Position numbers and translations under genes: made by a program. A stretch of 23,288 nt of DNA, taken from contig JAWCLA010000004.1 in the NCBI GenBank assembly GCA_039091855.1, forward strand, positions 14,045-37,332, read 5' to 3'. The stretch is from Candidatus Aenigmatarchaeota archaeon. Lineage in GTDB: Archaea > Aenigmatarchaeota > Aenigmatarchaeia > QMZP01. A model generated the notes under the pieces. It saw only the letters and a program-made list of their open reading frames with translations. It was not told the origin of the DNA and ran no database searches. Shown here one piece after another: positions 7,799 through 16,692 of this stretch; position 1 is the first letter of the stretch; each line of letters begins with the position of its first letter.

Positions 7799-9109
7799 AT
7801 GGTCTACTTCAGTCAGCTTAAGGGCAGGCCTGTGTATGACTCGGAAGGGAAGAACATAGGCAGCCTTATTGATATGGTTTTTGTTGACGGAGAGAAATAT
7901 GCCGAGATTTCCCATTTGGTTTATTCTTACAAAAAAACACGCAGAAAGATATCCTGGAGCTTTGTGAGGGAGCTTAAGGACAACCCTGAAACACCTGGGC
8001 TGGATGCTGACATCTACCTGAATGCGCCTGAAAGGGAGCTTAACCCAACCTTTGAGACAGAGAGGGAGTTTCTCGTGAGCAAGCTTATCGACAAGCAGAT
8101 AATAGATGTCGACGGGGTTAAGGTGGTGAGGGTAAACGATGTTCTTCTTGGAAAGATTGAGGGCAAGTTCTGCATTGCGGCTGTATGCGTCGGTGCAAAG
8201 AGCTTCCTTCGCTCGCTTGCAGGAGAGAAGCTTGCGGATTTGATAGGTGGCAAGTTCAGGGAAAAGATAATACCTTGGGAATATGTGGAACCTCTTGACC
8301 CTGACATACAGAAGCTTCACATAAGGCTCAGAAGAAGCAAGATAGCGGACATGCACCCGGCTGACATTGCCGACATTATGGAGGACCTGACTTACAAGGA
8401 GAGGGAACTCATTTTCAATGCATTGGACAGGGAAAAGGCAGCGAAGACAATAATAGAGTCGGAGCCTGAGATACAGAAGTCTTTCCTTGCGGGAATGAAG
8501 GTCAACAAGATAGTGGAAATCCTTGAGAGCATGCCGCCAAACCACGCGGCTGACATAATAAGCATACTTCCTGCTGACATGAGGGAAAACATACTTGCTA
8601 ACATGAAGCAGGAAAAAAGCAGGAAGGTAAGGGAGATAATGAAGTATCCCGAAGATTCCGTTGGGTCGATAATGCACACGGAGTTCGTTTCCGTTCCCTC
8701 GGACTTCAAGGCTCAGAAGGCGATAGAGCTTTTGAGAAAGACAAAACCGAGCTCTGACAAGATGTACAGGATTTATGTCGTGGATAATGAGGGAAAGCTT
8801 CTCGGGTTTTTGCCGCTTGGCTCCCTCGTGACAGCGCCTGCCAACGAGAGAATAGAGAACCTTATGAAAACGAGAATAATAAAGCTTTTAACAACCACAT
8901 CAAAGCAGGATGCCGCAAATGCCCTTGCAAAGTATAACCTTTTTGTACTTCCCGTGGTTGACGAAAACGGGGTATTGAAAGGCATAATAAGGGCTGATGA
9001 CGTAATATCAGAAGTTATGCCAAAGTCCTGGAAAAAAAGAAGGTTTGTGGCAAGAAGGACAAGGAAATTCAACGGAAGGTTTAACTCAAGCTCTGGCAGG
9101 AAGAGCTGA
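7799..9109 (+). CDS. Soluble MgtE-like cytosolic protein (PRC-barrel-like, MgtE N-domain, CBS pair; no TM domain)
   Basis: LKGRPVYDSEGKNIG, DKQIIDVDGVKVVRVND, MHPADIADIMEDL, YPEDSVGSIMHTEF, IYVVDNEGKLLG, LPVVDENGVLKGIIRADD. Confidence 0.88.
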   Translation: MVYFSQLKGRPVYDSEGKNIGSLIDMVFVDGEKYAEISHLVYSYKKTRRKISWSFVRELKDNPETPGLDADIYLNAPERELNPTFETEREFLVSKLIDKQIIDVDGVKVVRVNDVLLGKIEGKFCIAAVCVGAKSFLRSLAGEKLADLIGGKFREKIIPWEYVEPLDPDIQKLHIRLRRSKIADMHPADIADIMEDLTYKERELIFNALDREKAAKTIIESEPEIQKSFLAGMKVNKIVEILESMPPNHAADIISILPADMRENILANMKQEKSRKVREIMKYPEDSVGSIMHTEFVSVPSDFKAQKAIELLRKTKPSSDKMYRIYVVDNEGKLLGFLPLGSLVTAPANERIENLMKTRIIKLLTTTSKQDAANALAKYNLFVLPVVDENGVLKGIIRADDVISEVMPKSWKKRRFVARRTRKFNGRFNSSSGRKS

Positions 9110-9150
9110 TGATTTTTAAATAATTGTTTTTCATAAATTTGCGGGTGGTT

Positions 9151-10401
9151 GTGCTGAAGTTTAAAAACAGGAGGAACAGGATTCTGCTCTTTCTTGCAGT
9201 CATAGGTCCGGGATTGATAACGGCAAATGTGGATAATGATGCAGGTGGTATAACCACCTATTCTGTTGCCGGTGCACAGTTCGGATACTCAATCCTGTGG
9301 ACGCTGATACCGATAACCTTTCTGCTCATAATAGTTCAGGAGATGTGCGCGAGGATGGGGGCTGTGACAGGTAAAGGCCTTTCGGACCTCATAAGGGAAA
9401 GCTTCGGGGTAAGGATAACATTTATTGTGATGATCGGGCTTCTCGTTGCTAATTTTGCAACCACGGTTTCCGAGTTTGCAGGAATAGCTGCGGCAGGGGA
9501 GATTTTCGGGACAAGCAAATATATAATTGTGCCGATATGCGCCGTGATTGTTGTTTCCCTGATATTGAAGTCGAACTACAGGTTTCTCGAGAGGATACTG
9601 CTTCTTATGATTGTTTTCTATTTTTCTTACATAATATCCGGTATAATGGCAAACCCTGACTGGGGAGAGGTGGCAAGGCAGACCGTCACGCCTTCATTCA
9701 CCTTCAGCTCTGCTTACCTGATAGTTCTGATTGGCGTCATAGGAACCACAATAACCCCGTGGATGCAGTTCTACCTGCAGTCCTCGATAGTTGAGAAGGG
9801 AATAAGGGCGCAGGATTACAAGTATTCCAGGATAGAGATTATTCTTGGTTGCATAATGACTGATGTCATTGCCTTCTTCATAATAGTTGCCTGCGCAGCA
9901 ACGCTTTTCTCAGCAGGCATATCAATAAACTCTGCAGCTGACGCGGCGCTCGCATTGGAACCGCTTGCAGGAAAATTGGCTAAGGAACTTTTTGCCCTGG
10001 GATTTTTCGGCGCAGCGCTTTTCGGCGCTTTCATACTTCCCCTGTCAACAGCATTTTATATCTGTGAAGCGTTTGGTTGGGAATCAGGGGTCAGCAAGAA
10101 GCTTGGCGAGGCAAAGCAGTTTTATGCGGTCATAGGTTTGATGGTTATGTTATCTGTTGGGGTGATTCTCGTTCCAAACGTTCCGCTCGTTCAGCTAATG
10201 CTTACATCACAGGTCATCAACGGTCTGGTTCTTCCTGTAATACTTGTTGCCATAGTGAAGATAATAAATAACGAGGGCATAATGGGGGAGTATGTGAACT
10301 CAAAGTTCTACAACTTTGTCGTCTACCTCTCAACAGGAATAATAATAGCTCTTTCTGTCCTTATGGTTATAACAACCGTTTGGCCGGGTATTTTTGGGTG
10401 A
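9151..10401 (+). CDS. NRAMP/SLC11-related divalent metal transporter (NRMT-type, probably Mg2+)
   Basis: About 11 hydrophobic helices. GPGLITANVDNDAGGITTYS replaces DPGN; also QEMCARMGAVTGKGL and GTTITPWMQF. Likely GTG start at 9151 after SD gggtgg. Confidence 0.9.
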   Translation: MLKFKNRRNRILLFLAVIGPGLITANVDNDAGGITTYSVAGAQFGYSILWTLIPITFLLIIVQEMCARMGAVTGKGLSDLIRESFGVRITFIVMIGLLVANFATTVSEFAGIAAAGEIFGTSKYIIVPICAVIVVSLILKSNYRFLERILLLMIVFYFSYIISGIMANPDWGEVARQTVTPSFTFSSAYLIVLIGVIGTTITPWMQFYLQSSIVEKGIRAQDYKYSRIEIILGCIMTDVIAFFIIVACAATLFSAGISINSAADAALALEPLAGKLAKELFALGFFGAALFGAFILPLSTAFYICEAFGWESGVSKKLGEAKQFYAVIGLMVMLSVGVILVPNVPLVQLMLTSQVINGLVLPVILVAIVKIINNEGIMGEYVNSKFYNFVVYLSTGIIIALSVLMVITTVWPGIFG

Positions 10402-10409
10402 TTAATAAT

Positions 10410-11894
10410 TCAAGCAAAGCTTTTTTTGAAGTAGCTCTGAAGAAATTCCGCAAATTCCTGGTTTTTCTTTGCGAGGTTTAGAATTTCCTTCGGCTCGAGA
10501 ATTTCAAACTTTTTTGAGATTGACTTCGCGGGGTATGAGGCGATTCCCTTTGACTTCAGGTTCTTTTCTGTGTCCTTCAGGGATTTCCTGAGCTTTTCCT
10601 CTGCTGTTGTGAATTCCCGTTTTGTTTCTGCGACCCAGTATATTCCCTCAACCCAAACCCTTCCTGCTTTTGAATATTTAGCGACAAACTCATCAGAATG
10701 CCTCTTTGAGAAGACAAAGGGTCCGACAAGCTTCCTTACTTTTGGCAGCGACCAAACCTCCATCTCGAAAATCAGAATGCATTCTTTCTGGTCTGCCCAG
10801 CAGTCCCTTCCCATTACAACAAACTCGTTTTCCTTAAGTATGTCCGCAATCCTTCTCGATGTCCTCCTTATCTGAGGCCACATTATGTCATCGATGACGT
10901 CAGGCCTGCTGAACCTGACGCCAACCAGTCTCGTCCCCCTCCCGTCAAGAAGTTTTTTGATTTTTTTCGGGTCAGGCTTTTCCTTTTTTGGGAAGAAGAA
11001 ATTCTCGCTTGGGCTTTCAATAAAATCCCTGCAGGACTTAACAAGTTTTGTGAAATTCTCCGGAGAGAAAGATGAAGCCACATTCCTCTTGGGGTCAACA
11101 GGGTCTATAACAACAAGGGGCTGGTTCCTGAACCTTTTAATTACAGCTTCCCTTTCATTGTGATGCCCTTCAATGTCTATTAAAACACATCCTGCCTCCC
11201 ATTGCGAAGCTTGGTCAATGAAGTTCTTGAACGACTTGTAGTGTATTATAAGGAGCTCACAAAGATAGCCTGACATTCCGAGAACCTTTGCGTCAGAGCC
11301 GTAAATTCCTATTCCCTTGGCAAACTGCTTCAGAAGGCGCACCTGAGGCGCAAGTGCAGGAGACATGTTTTCTGAAAGCCACCTGTTATGGAAAGGCGTC
11401 CTGTCAACTGCTGACTTTATCTTCTCTGCCGACTGCACAGCATAACAGGGAACTATGTCTATGTCATACCAAGATCCTTTTTCCTTTTTCCTTGCCTTTC
11501 CTATGATTTTCCTTTCTTCTTTAACAGATTTTGTGAAGACCCTTGCCCTTACGTAAGGGTGCTCTGCATAGGCAATTACATATTCGGCTCCAAGCTCCTT
11601 TGCTATTTTCCTTCCTATCTCCAGTCCTGTCTTCTCAAGGCTCTCTCTGGTATGGCTTTCTGGAAACATTATGAAAATGTCAAATTCCTTCTTGTCAGGA
11701 AGCCACGTGTCTCGCATATAGCTTCCAGCGAGGGTTTTTTCAAGCCCGTATGGTTTCAGTATTTTTTCCGTCACGCCAAGAACCTTTTCTATGAAAGCCT
11801 TCGTCTCTTTCTGCTCCTCCTCAGAGGGCGTTATCTTCCTCAACACCTCTGTAAGAAGCTGGTGTATTTTCAGAACTTGGGATTTTTCTGGCAT
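10410..11894 (-). CDS. cca: Archaeal class I CCA-adding enzyme
   Basis: GSYMRDTWL..EFDIF, AYAEHPYV, DIVPCY, SAVDRTPFH, GMSGYLCELL, DPVDPKRNVAS. Confidence 0.96.
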   Translation of the reverse strand: MPEKSQVLKIHQLLTEVLRKITPSEEEQKETKAFIEKVLGVTEKILKPYGLEKTLAGSYMRDTWLPDKKEFDIFIMFPESHTRESLEKTGLEIGRKIAKELGAEYVIAYAEHPYVRARVFTKSVKEERKIIGKARKKEKGSWYDIDIVPCYAVQSAEKIKSAVDRTPFHNRWLSENMSPALAPQVRLLKQFAKGIGIYGSDAKVLGMSGYLCELLIIHYKSFKNFIDQASQWEAGCVLIDIEGHHNEREAVIKRFRNQPLVVIDPVDPKRNVASSFSPENFTKLVKSCRDFIESPSENFFFPKKEKPDPKKIKKLLDGRGTRLVGVRFSRPDVIDDIMWPQIRRTSRRIADILKENEFVVMGRDCWADQKECILIFEMEVWSLPKVRKLVGPFVFSKRHSDEFVAKYSKAGRVWVEGIYWVAETKREFTTAEEKLRKSLKDTEKNLKSKGIASYPAKSISKKFEILEPKEILNLAKKNQEFAEFLQSYFKKSFA

Positions 11895-11906
11895 GAATAA
11901 TTTTTG

Positions 11907-12208
11907 ATTCCCCTGCTTTTATAGGTTGGCAAGTTGTTTGCACAACAGAGGTAAGCCGAAAATATGTTTTGATAATATGACACCTTGGTCACTCTGCGGG
12001 CTAATGCCCGCAGTATAATTGGTTCAGGTGTCATAAATATTACTTGCGCTTCATACCCAACTGAAGCAGGGAATTCCCGCCTCTATGTTACTTATTTTAA
12101 TTCTGGAAAACTCTGAATTTGGAAGCGCTTTCAATCTGGAAGATGTGCGGCATCAAAGCTTGTAGGTTAAGGGCCAAGCCTTTGTCATTTGCTAAATTCC
12201 AGAGTTAA
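11907..12208. other. Highly base-pairable intergenic region (candidate ncRNA or leader) between divergent cca and CBS genes
   Basis: Stems 11976-11985/12026-12035 (10 bp perfect), 11994-12001/12006-12013, 12048-12053/12062-12067, 11907-11919/12063-12074 and 12097-12108/12197-12208. Confidence 0.45.
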
Positions 12209-12223
12209 TTTGAAGAGCCGAAA

Positions 12224-12239
12224 AGCGAAAACTTATATA
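12224..12239 (+). promoter_or_regulatory. BRE/TATA promoter of the CBS-Toprim-dnaG gene run
   Basis: agcgaaaa-cttatata about 30 nt upstream of ATG 12269, typical archaeal spacing for a short-leader or leaderless transcript. Confidence 0.6.
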
Positions 12240-12268
12240 GTTGTTTCACAACAATCTATTGTGGTTTG

Positions 12269-13126
12269 ATGTTGAGCCTTTTCAGGAAAAAGCAAACTCA
12301 GGAAAGCGGTTGCGGCTTAAACATAACCAATTTTGCAAATCCTGGGGATTCTGTCCTTAGGATTGCTTCAAGGGGGGTTTTATATTCTTCTGAAAACAGC
12401 GGCGTCATAGACGCGCTTGGTTATATGCTTAGCGGTATCAGAAGGCTGCCTGTTGTGGACGAGAACGAGAGGCTGACAGGAATTGTCTCCACAACAGATG
12501 TTTTGGACTTCATAGGAGGAGGGGAAAAGCACAAGCTTTTCAGCAACACAGGGCTCAGCGCAAAGGTCAGGAAAATAATGTCTCCCTGCATTCATTTCGT
12601 TTCAGCAACCGACAGCATCCCTGTTGCTTTGGAAATATTCAAGGAAAGCGGAAAACCCATACAACCCGTTATGGAAGATAAAAAACTTGTTGGAGTGATT
12701 ACAGAAACAGACATAGTAAATCTCATGTCAAAGAGGACAGGGGTGAAGGTTTCTGACATAATGACAAGAAAACCGATAACAGTTGACAGGAACAAGTCTG
12801 TTTATGATGTTGCAAGAATGCTTTGCAGGGGACCTTACAGGAGATTGCCTGTGGTGAACAATGGCGTGCTTTTGGGGATTGTCACGCCTTACGACATTCT
12901 CTCTCACCTTAACTCAAAGGAGGCGCTCAACATGCTAAGGTTCGAAAACTCCCCCATAAAAGAGATAATGAGAAAGGATGTCGCTTACATCAGGCCTGAT
13001 GCCGACATTTACGAGGCAGTTGCAATGATGAAGATTAAAAAGGTCTCAGGCCTTCCTGTTGTTGACGAGGACGCTGACCTTCTCGGAATGATAACAAAGA
13101 GGGACATAATAAACGCAATGGGGTGA
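12269..13126 (+). CDS. CBS-domain protein (four CBS motifs)
   Basis: IRRLPVVDE..LTGIVSTTD, QPVMED.KLVGVITETD, YRRLPVVNN..LLGIVTPYD, SGLPVVDE..LLGMITKRD. Confidence 0.92.
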   Translation: MLSLFRKKQTQESGCGLNITNFANPGDSVLRIASRGVLYSSENSGVIDALGYMLSGIRRLPVVDENERLTGIVSTTDVLDFIGGGEKHKLFSNTGLSAKVRKIMSPCIHFVSATDSIPVALEIFKESGKPIQPVMEDKKLVGVITETDIVNLMSKRTGVKVSDIMTRKPITVDRNKSVYDVARMLCRGPYRRLPVVNNGVLLGIVTPYDILSHLNSKEALNMLRFENSPIKEIMRKDVAYIRPDADIYEAVAMMKIKKVSGLPVVDEDADLLGMITKRDIINAMG

Positions 13127-13130
13127 GAAA

Positions 13131-13325
13131 TTGCCTCTTCCAGGAAGATTCAAGTGCATATGTGGTGAAGAGCACAGGATTATATTCAGGACATACATTG
13201 ATACGGGTGAAACGAGAGTTCCTGTGGGCTTGGGGTGCAAAAAATACAGGAAAGTCATTGAAAATGCTGAACGGGGTTTTTACAAAAAGGGCAAGCTGGA
13301 GTGTTTTCTTTACTACCATGAATAA
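13131..13325 (+). CDS. Small Cys-containing hypothetical protein (64 aa), possible zinc binder
   Basis: TTG start after SD ggggtga. FKCICGEEH motif plus two further Cys. Its stop overlaps the start region of the Toprim gene, suggesting coupling. Confidence 0.6.
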   Translation: MPLPGRFKCICGEEHRIIFRTYIDTGETRVPVGLGCKKYRKVIENAERGFYKKGKLECFLYYHE

Positions 13326-13872
13326 AAAAATTGACATAGAGGAAATAGAGTCGGTTTTGGAGAAGCTGAAAGGCAACATTCTTATTGTGGAGGGAAAGAA
13401 GGACTATGACGCATTGAGGGGCTTGGGATTGACCCACATAGTCAAGGTGAACAGCAGACATGTTATTAAAGTTGTTGAGGAGGCAGTTTCCCTCAGGAAA
13501 AAGCATAAAAATAGGCAGGTTATAGTATTGACAGACTTTGACAGGGAAGGGCGAAAGCTGGCTTCCAGAATCACGCTCTTACTGCAAAGCCGTAAGATTC
13601 ATGCTAACTCAAGAATAAGGCGTGATGTGATGAGATTGGGAATATCAAGAATTGAGGAAATGTCCTGCCTGAGGGCTGAAATTTTAACAGCCAGGGACGG
13701 GACGGTTAGCATAATTGATGAAAATCCAAAGGAGTGTGATGATTATGGCGAAGCTTGCACCGACTTCAACAAAATATGTCATAAAGGCAAGGATAAAGGC
13801 AAAGGGTGTGATAGAAAAGCCCGACGTGATAGGGGCGATATTCGGGCAAACCGAAGGGCTTCTCGGTTCTGA
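13318..13872 (+). CDS. Small Toprim-domain protein (primase-like / RNase M5-like)
   Basis: ILIVEGKKDYDALRGLG and VIVLTDFDREGRKLA Toprim motifs. Start taken at ATG 13318; the upstream part of the ORF call is probably not translated. Confidence 0.85.
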   Translation: MNKKIDIEEIESVLEKLKGNILIVEGKKDYDALRGLGLTHIVKVNSRHVIKVVEEAVSLRKKHKNRQVIVLTDFDREGRKLASRITLLLQSRKIHANSRIRRDVMRLGISRIEEMSCLRAEILTARDGTVSIIDENPKECDDYGEACTDFNKICHKGKDKGKGCDRKARRDRGDIRANRRASRF

Positions 13873-15022
13873 CCTGGACTTGAGGGAGTTACAGAGAACG
13901 GGAAGGATAGGCAGAATAGAAGTAAACATAAAGTCAAACCAGGGAAATTCTGAGGGAGAGATTATAATCCCTTCTTCACTTGATTCTGCGGAAACCGCTC
14001 TGATAGCAGCAACGCTGGAAACGATTGAGAGGATAGGACCCTGCATAGCGACAGTTAAGCTCGAGAACGTAGAGGACATGAGGTCAGAGAAAAGGAAATA
14101 TGTCGTCGAAAAGGCAAAGGAGATTCTAAAGAACCTTGTCGAGGCAGGAGTCCCGAGCGCTGCGGAAATATCCGAACAGATAAAGGAGGCTGTGAGGACT
14201 CACGAGGTAACGAGTTACCACGGATTGCCTGCTGGCCCGAACATAACAGACTCCGACAACATAATAGTGGTGGAGGGCAGGGCAGATGTTGTGAACCTGC
14301 TTAAATACGGAATAAGGAATGTCATTGCCATAGAAGGAACTTCTGTACCTCCTGTGATATCGGACCTTTCAAGGGAAAAGGTAGTCACTCTTTTTGTTGA
14401 TGGTGACAGGGGAGGTCAGCTAATACTTAAAGAGGTTCTCCAGCTGGCTGACATAGATTATGTGGCAACGGCTCCGCAAGGAAAGGAGGTTGAGGAGCTC
14501 ACCAAAAAGGAGGTTTACAAGGCTCTCAGGGAGAAGGTTTCTGCAGAGCAGTTCAAGATGGAGCTCAGGCCTGATTTGGAAAGGAACGGAAGGTTTGATG
14601 TAAGTGAATATCAACCACAGGCAGAGCAAAAGGTGGAATCATTCGAGCAGAGGCAAAGAACGCAGGGAAGGAGGGAGCAAAAACCAAAAGTTGAGATAAC
14701 TCCTGAGCAGAGAGAGCTTTTTTCCAAGACGCTTGAAGAGCTTGTTGGCACAAGGGCTGCCTGCATATTTGATTCTGAAAACCAAGTGTTAGGGAAGGTG
14801 CCTGTCAGCGAGCTTATGGAAGCCCTGAAAACAGTTGAAAGCCCGTATGCAATAGTGTTTGACGGAAAGGTTGACTTCAGGCTCAACTCTATGGCAAAGA
14901 GAAAGGGAGTGAAAATCCTTGTCGGGATGGAGAAGGAAAGGTTTTCAACCTCCCTTTTGGTAATGGACAGGAAGGATATGGAAATAGTTGCTACTAAAAA
15001 TGCTGAAGAGAATAAAGCTTGA
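13746..15022 (+). CDS. dnaG: Archaeal DnaG (primase-like, exosome-associated)
   Basis: KYVIKA...EKPDVIGAIFGQTEGLLG.DLDLRELQRTGRIGRIEV, IIVVEGRADV, FVDGDRGG. ATG 13746. Confidence 0.96.
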
Positions 15023-15174
15023 GTGCACAGGACTTCTTTGCCTTTTCTTTTATTTTTAGTGATCCATAGGAAACCGCACCATCAATCCCCTTTCCAGAAT
15101 TCACGTGGAATAGTGTGTTAAGGATATCACACATTAATTGAATAACCTGTTAATGATGCGAAGGTTATCTTGCG

Positions 15175-15369
15175 CTACTTCTTGAACTGCCCGACTGTCT
15201 TTACCAAATCCTTGTGGGTTAGAAAAAGAGAACGGCAGCAGTATCTCTCGAGACCGAGCTCGTCCAGGACCTTTTGCGGATTCCTTCCCTTCTTCACTTC
15301 CTTCTGGTATGTTTCCCAAAGATGACCTACCGGTTTCCCGCAGGTCATGCATCTTATAGGTATTATCAT
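15175..15369 (-). CDS. rpoN: DNA-directed RNA polymerase subunit N (Rpo10)
   Basis: MIIPIRCMTCGKPV...LDELGLERYCCRSLFLTH. Confidence 0.96.
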   Translation of the reverse strand: MIIPIRCMTCGKPVGHLWETYQKEVKKGRNPQKVLDELGLERYCCRSLFLTHKDLVKTVGQFKK

Positions 15370-15481
15370 ATGCTTCGCCTTGTGATAGCTCACATTATTA
15401 TTGTTTACCTTTCCGACTTGAAGGAGAAGTTCCTTCGGAACTTCCACTTAACCTTCGCCTTGTGACAATTCAATTTTGTCA
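15370..15481 (-). promoter_or_regulatory. Conserved leader element, copy 1 (upstream of rpoN)
   Basis: 15465->15405 is 48/61 identical without gaps to 16729-16789. Hairpin gaagttcc-gaa-ggaacttc. TCACAAGGCGAAG occurs twice (15465->15453 and 15385->15373). Confidence 0.75.
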
Positions 15482-15553
15482 AAACAGCATCTTTCTTGCC
15501 TTGGGTTCCATCTGCCTTATTGGAGGTACCATAATGACTTTTTGTTTTTGCAT

Positions 15554-15598
15554 TTTATATTTATAAAGTTTTCAGAGAAAGGATTAATCAGTTTAAAA
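15554..15598. promoter_or_regulatory. Divergent promoters for rpoN (-) and rpa (+)
   Basis: Minus strand gaaaactttataaatataaa (15573->15554). Plus strand tttaaaa at 15592-15598, about 23 nt before the rpa ATG. Confidence 0.5.
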
Positions 15599-15620
15599 CA
15601 ATTCAAATTGTGTGTTGGTT

Positions 15621-16628
15621 ATGTTTTCGCTTGAAGAGATTGTGGAGAAAATCTGCGAGCACACAGGGATGACACAGAAGAAGGTTTTACAGCTGATAGA
15701 CGAAAAGGAAGAAGAGCTTTCAGGACTTGTTTCAAGGGAGGGTGCCGCTTATATCGTTGCAAGGGAACTCGGGATAAGCCTTCTAAGGGAGACAAAAAGG
15801 CAGCTGAAGATAAAGAACCTCACAGACGGGCTGAGGTCTGTTGACCTCGTGGCAAGGATCATAGGAATATCCGAAATAAGGACATTTGAGAAGGAGGAGA
15901 GGAAAGGCAGCGTGGTCGGGCTTATTTTGGGTGACGAAACAGGTATGGTAAGGCTTCCTTTATGGAATGAGGAAGCTGACATAGTTTCTGACCTTGGGCT
16001 GAAAGAGGGCGACGTCATAAGGATAACAAGGGGATTTGTCAAGATGGACAACAGGGGAAACATCGAGCTAAGGATAGGCAGGGGAAAGATGGAGAAGGTT
16101 GAGGAGGAGGTAAATCTTCCAGAAGTGAACGAGATGAGCGGAAGCCTTGTTCCACAAAGAAAGCTGCTTTCCGAAGTCAAGGAGGGTGATATCGTTGAGA
16201 CAAGGGCTTGCATTGTTCAGCTTTTCAGGAAAAATCCCTTCTTCGAGGTTTGCTCCGAATGCGGTATGAGAATGAAGCCCAGGGCAGGAAAGCTGGTTTG
16301 CGACGAGCACGGGACAGTCAAGCCTGACTACCAGATTGTTATTTCAGGCGTGATAGATGACGGATACGGAAATGTCCGTGTGGTGTTTTTCAGGGAATTG
16401 GCAGAAAGGCTTTTCGGAAAAACTGCTGCTGAACTAAGGGCATTGGCGCAGGAGAAGGTTGATCCTCTGATTATTTACGACTTGTTTGATGTGTTAGGAA
16501 AGGATTACATAATTGCTGGAAGGGTAAGAAAGAACGAGCTCACCGAGAATCTTGAGCTTATAGCTAACAGGTTGGAGGAGCCTGACATAAGAAAGGAGTT
16601 TGAGCTTCTGTTAAAGGAAGTTTCATAG
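15621..16628 (+). CDS. rpa: Replication protein A (OB-folds plus zinc finger)
   Basis: N-terminal helical domain (GLVSREGAAYIVARELG), OB-fold LGDETGMVRLPLW, C-x2-C...C-x2-H finger, IDDGYGNVRVVFF. Confidence 0.9.
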   Translation: MFSLEEIVEKICEHTGMTQKKVLQLIDEKEEELSGLVSREGAAYIVARELGISLLRETKRQLKIKNLTDGLRSVDLVARIIGISEIRTFEKEERKGSVVGLILGDETGMVRLPLWNEEADIVSDLGLKEGDVIRITRGFVKMDNRGNIELRIGRGKMEKVEEEVNLPEVNEMSGSLVPQRKLLSEVKEGDIVETRACIVQLFRKNPFFEVCSECGMRMKPRAGKLVCDEHGTVKPDYQIVISGVIDDGYGNVRVVFFRELAERLFGKTAAELRALAQEKVDPLIIYDLFDVLGKDYIIAGRVRKNELTENLELIANRLEEPDIRKEFELLLKEVS

Positions 16629-16692
16629 ATATTTAAGATTTAAATACAACATCAAATTGTGGGTTGCATTTATATTTGTTGGATTGCCAAAA

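Noticed and set aside
7634-8677. 347-aa antisense ORF and other long shadow ORFs (e.g. 5197-5844, 22406-23011)
   Set aside because: They overlap well-supported genes and have no protein motifs.
11945-11970. Minus-strand ACATATTTTCGGCTTAC resembling RNase P CR-V
   Set aside because: No GAGGAAAGUCC-like CR-I partner for P4 on that strand.
15081-15169. Three short hairpins between convergent dnaG and rpoN
   Set aside because: Stems of 5-7 bp with no tRNA cloverleaf or T-loop motif; compatible with chance or termination signals.
15370-15447. 26-aa N-terminal extension of RpoN from GTG 15447
   Set aside because: Rpo10 normally begins MIIP. The equivalent frame in the radA copy hits a stop, so conservation is not at protein level.
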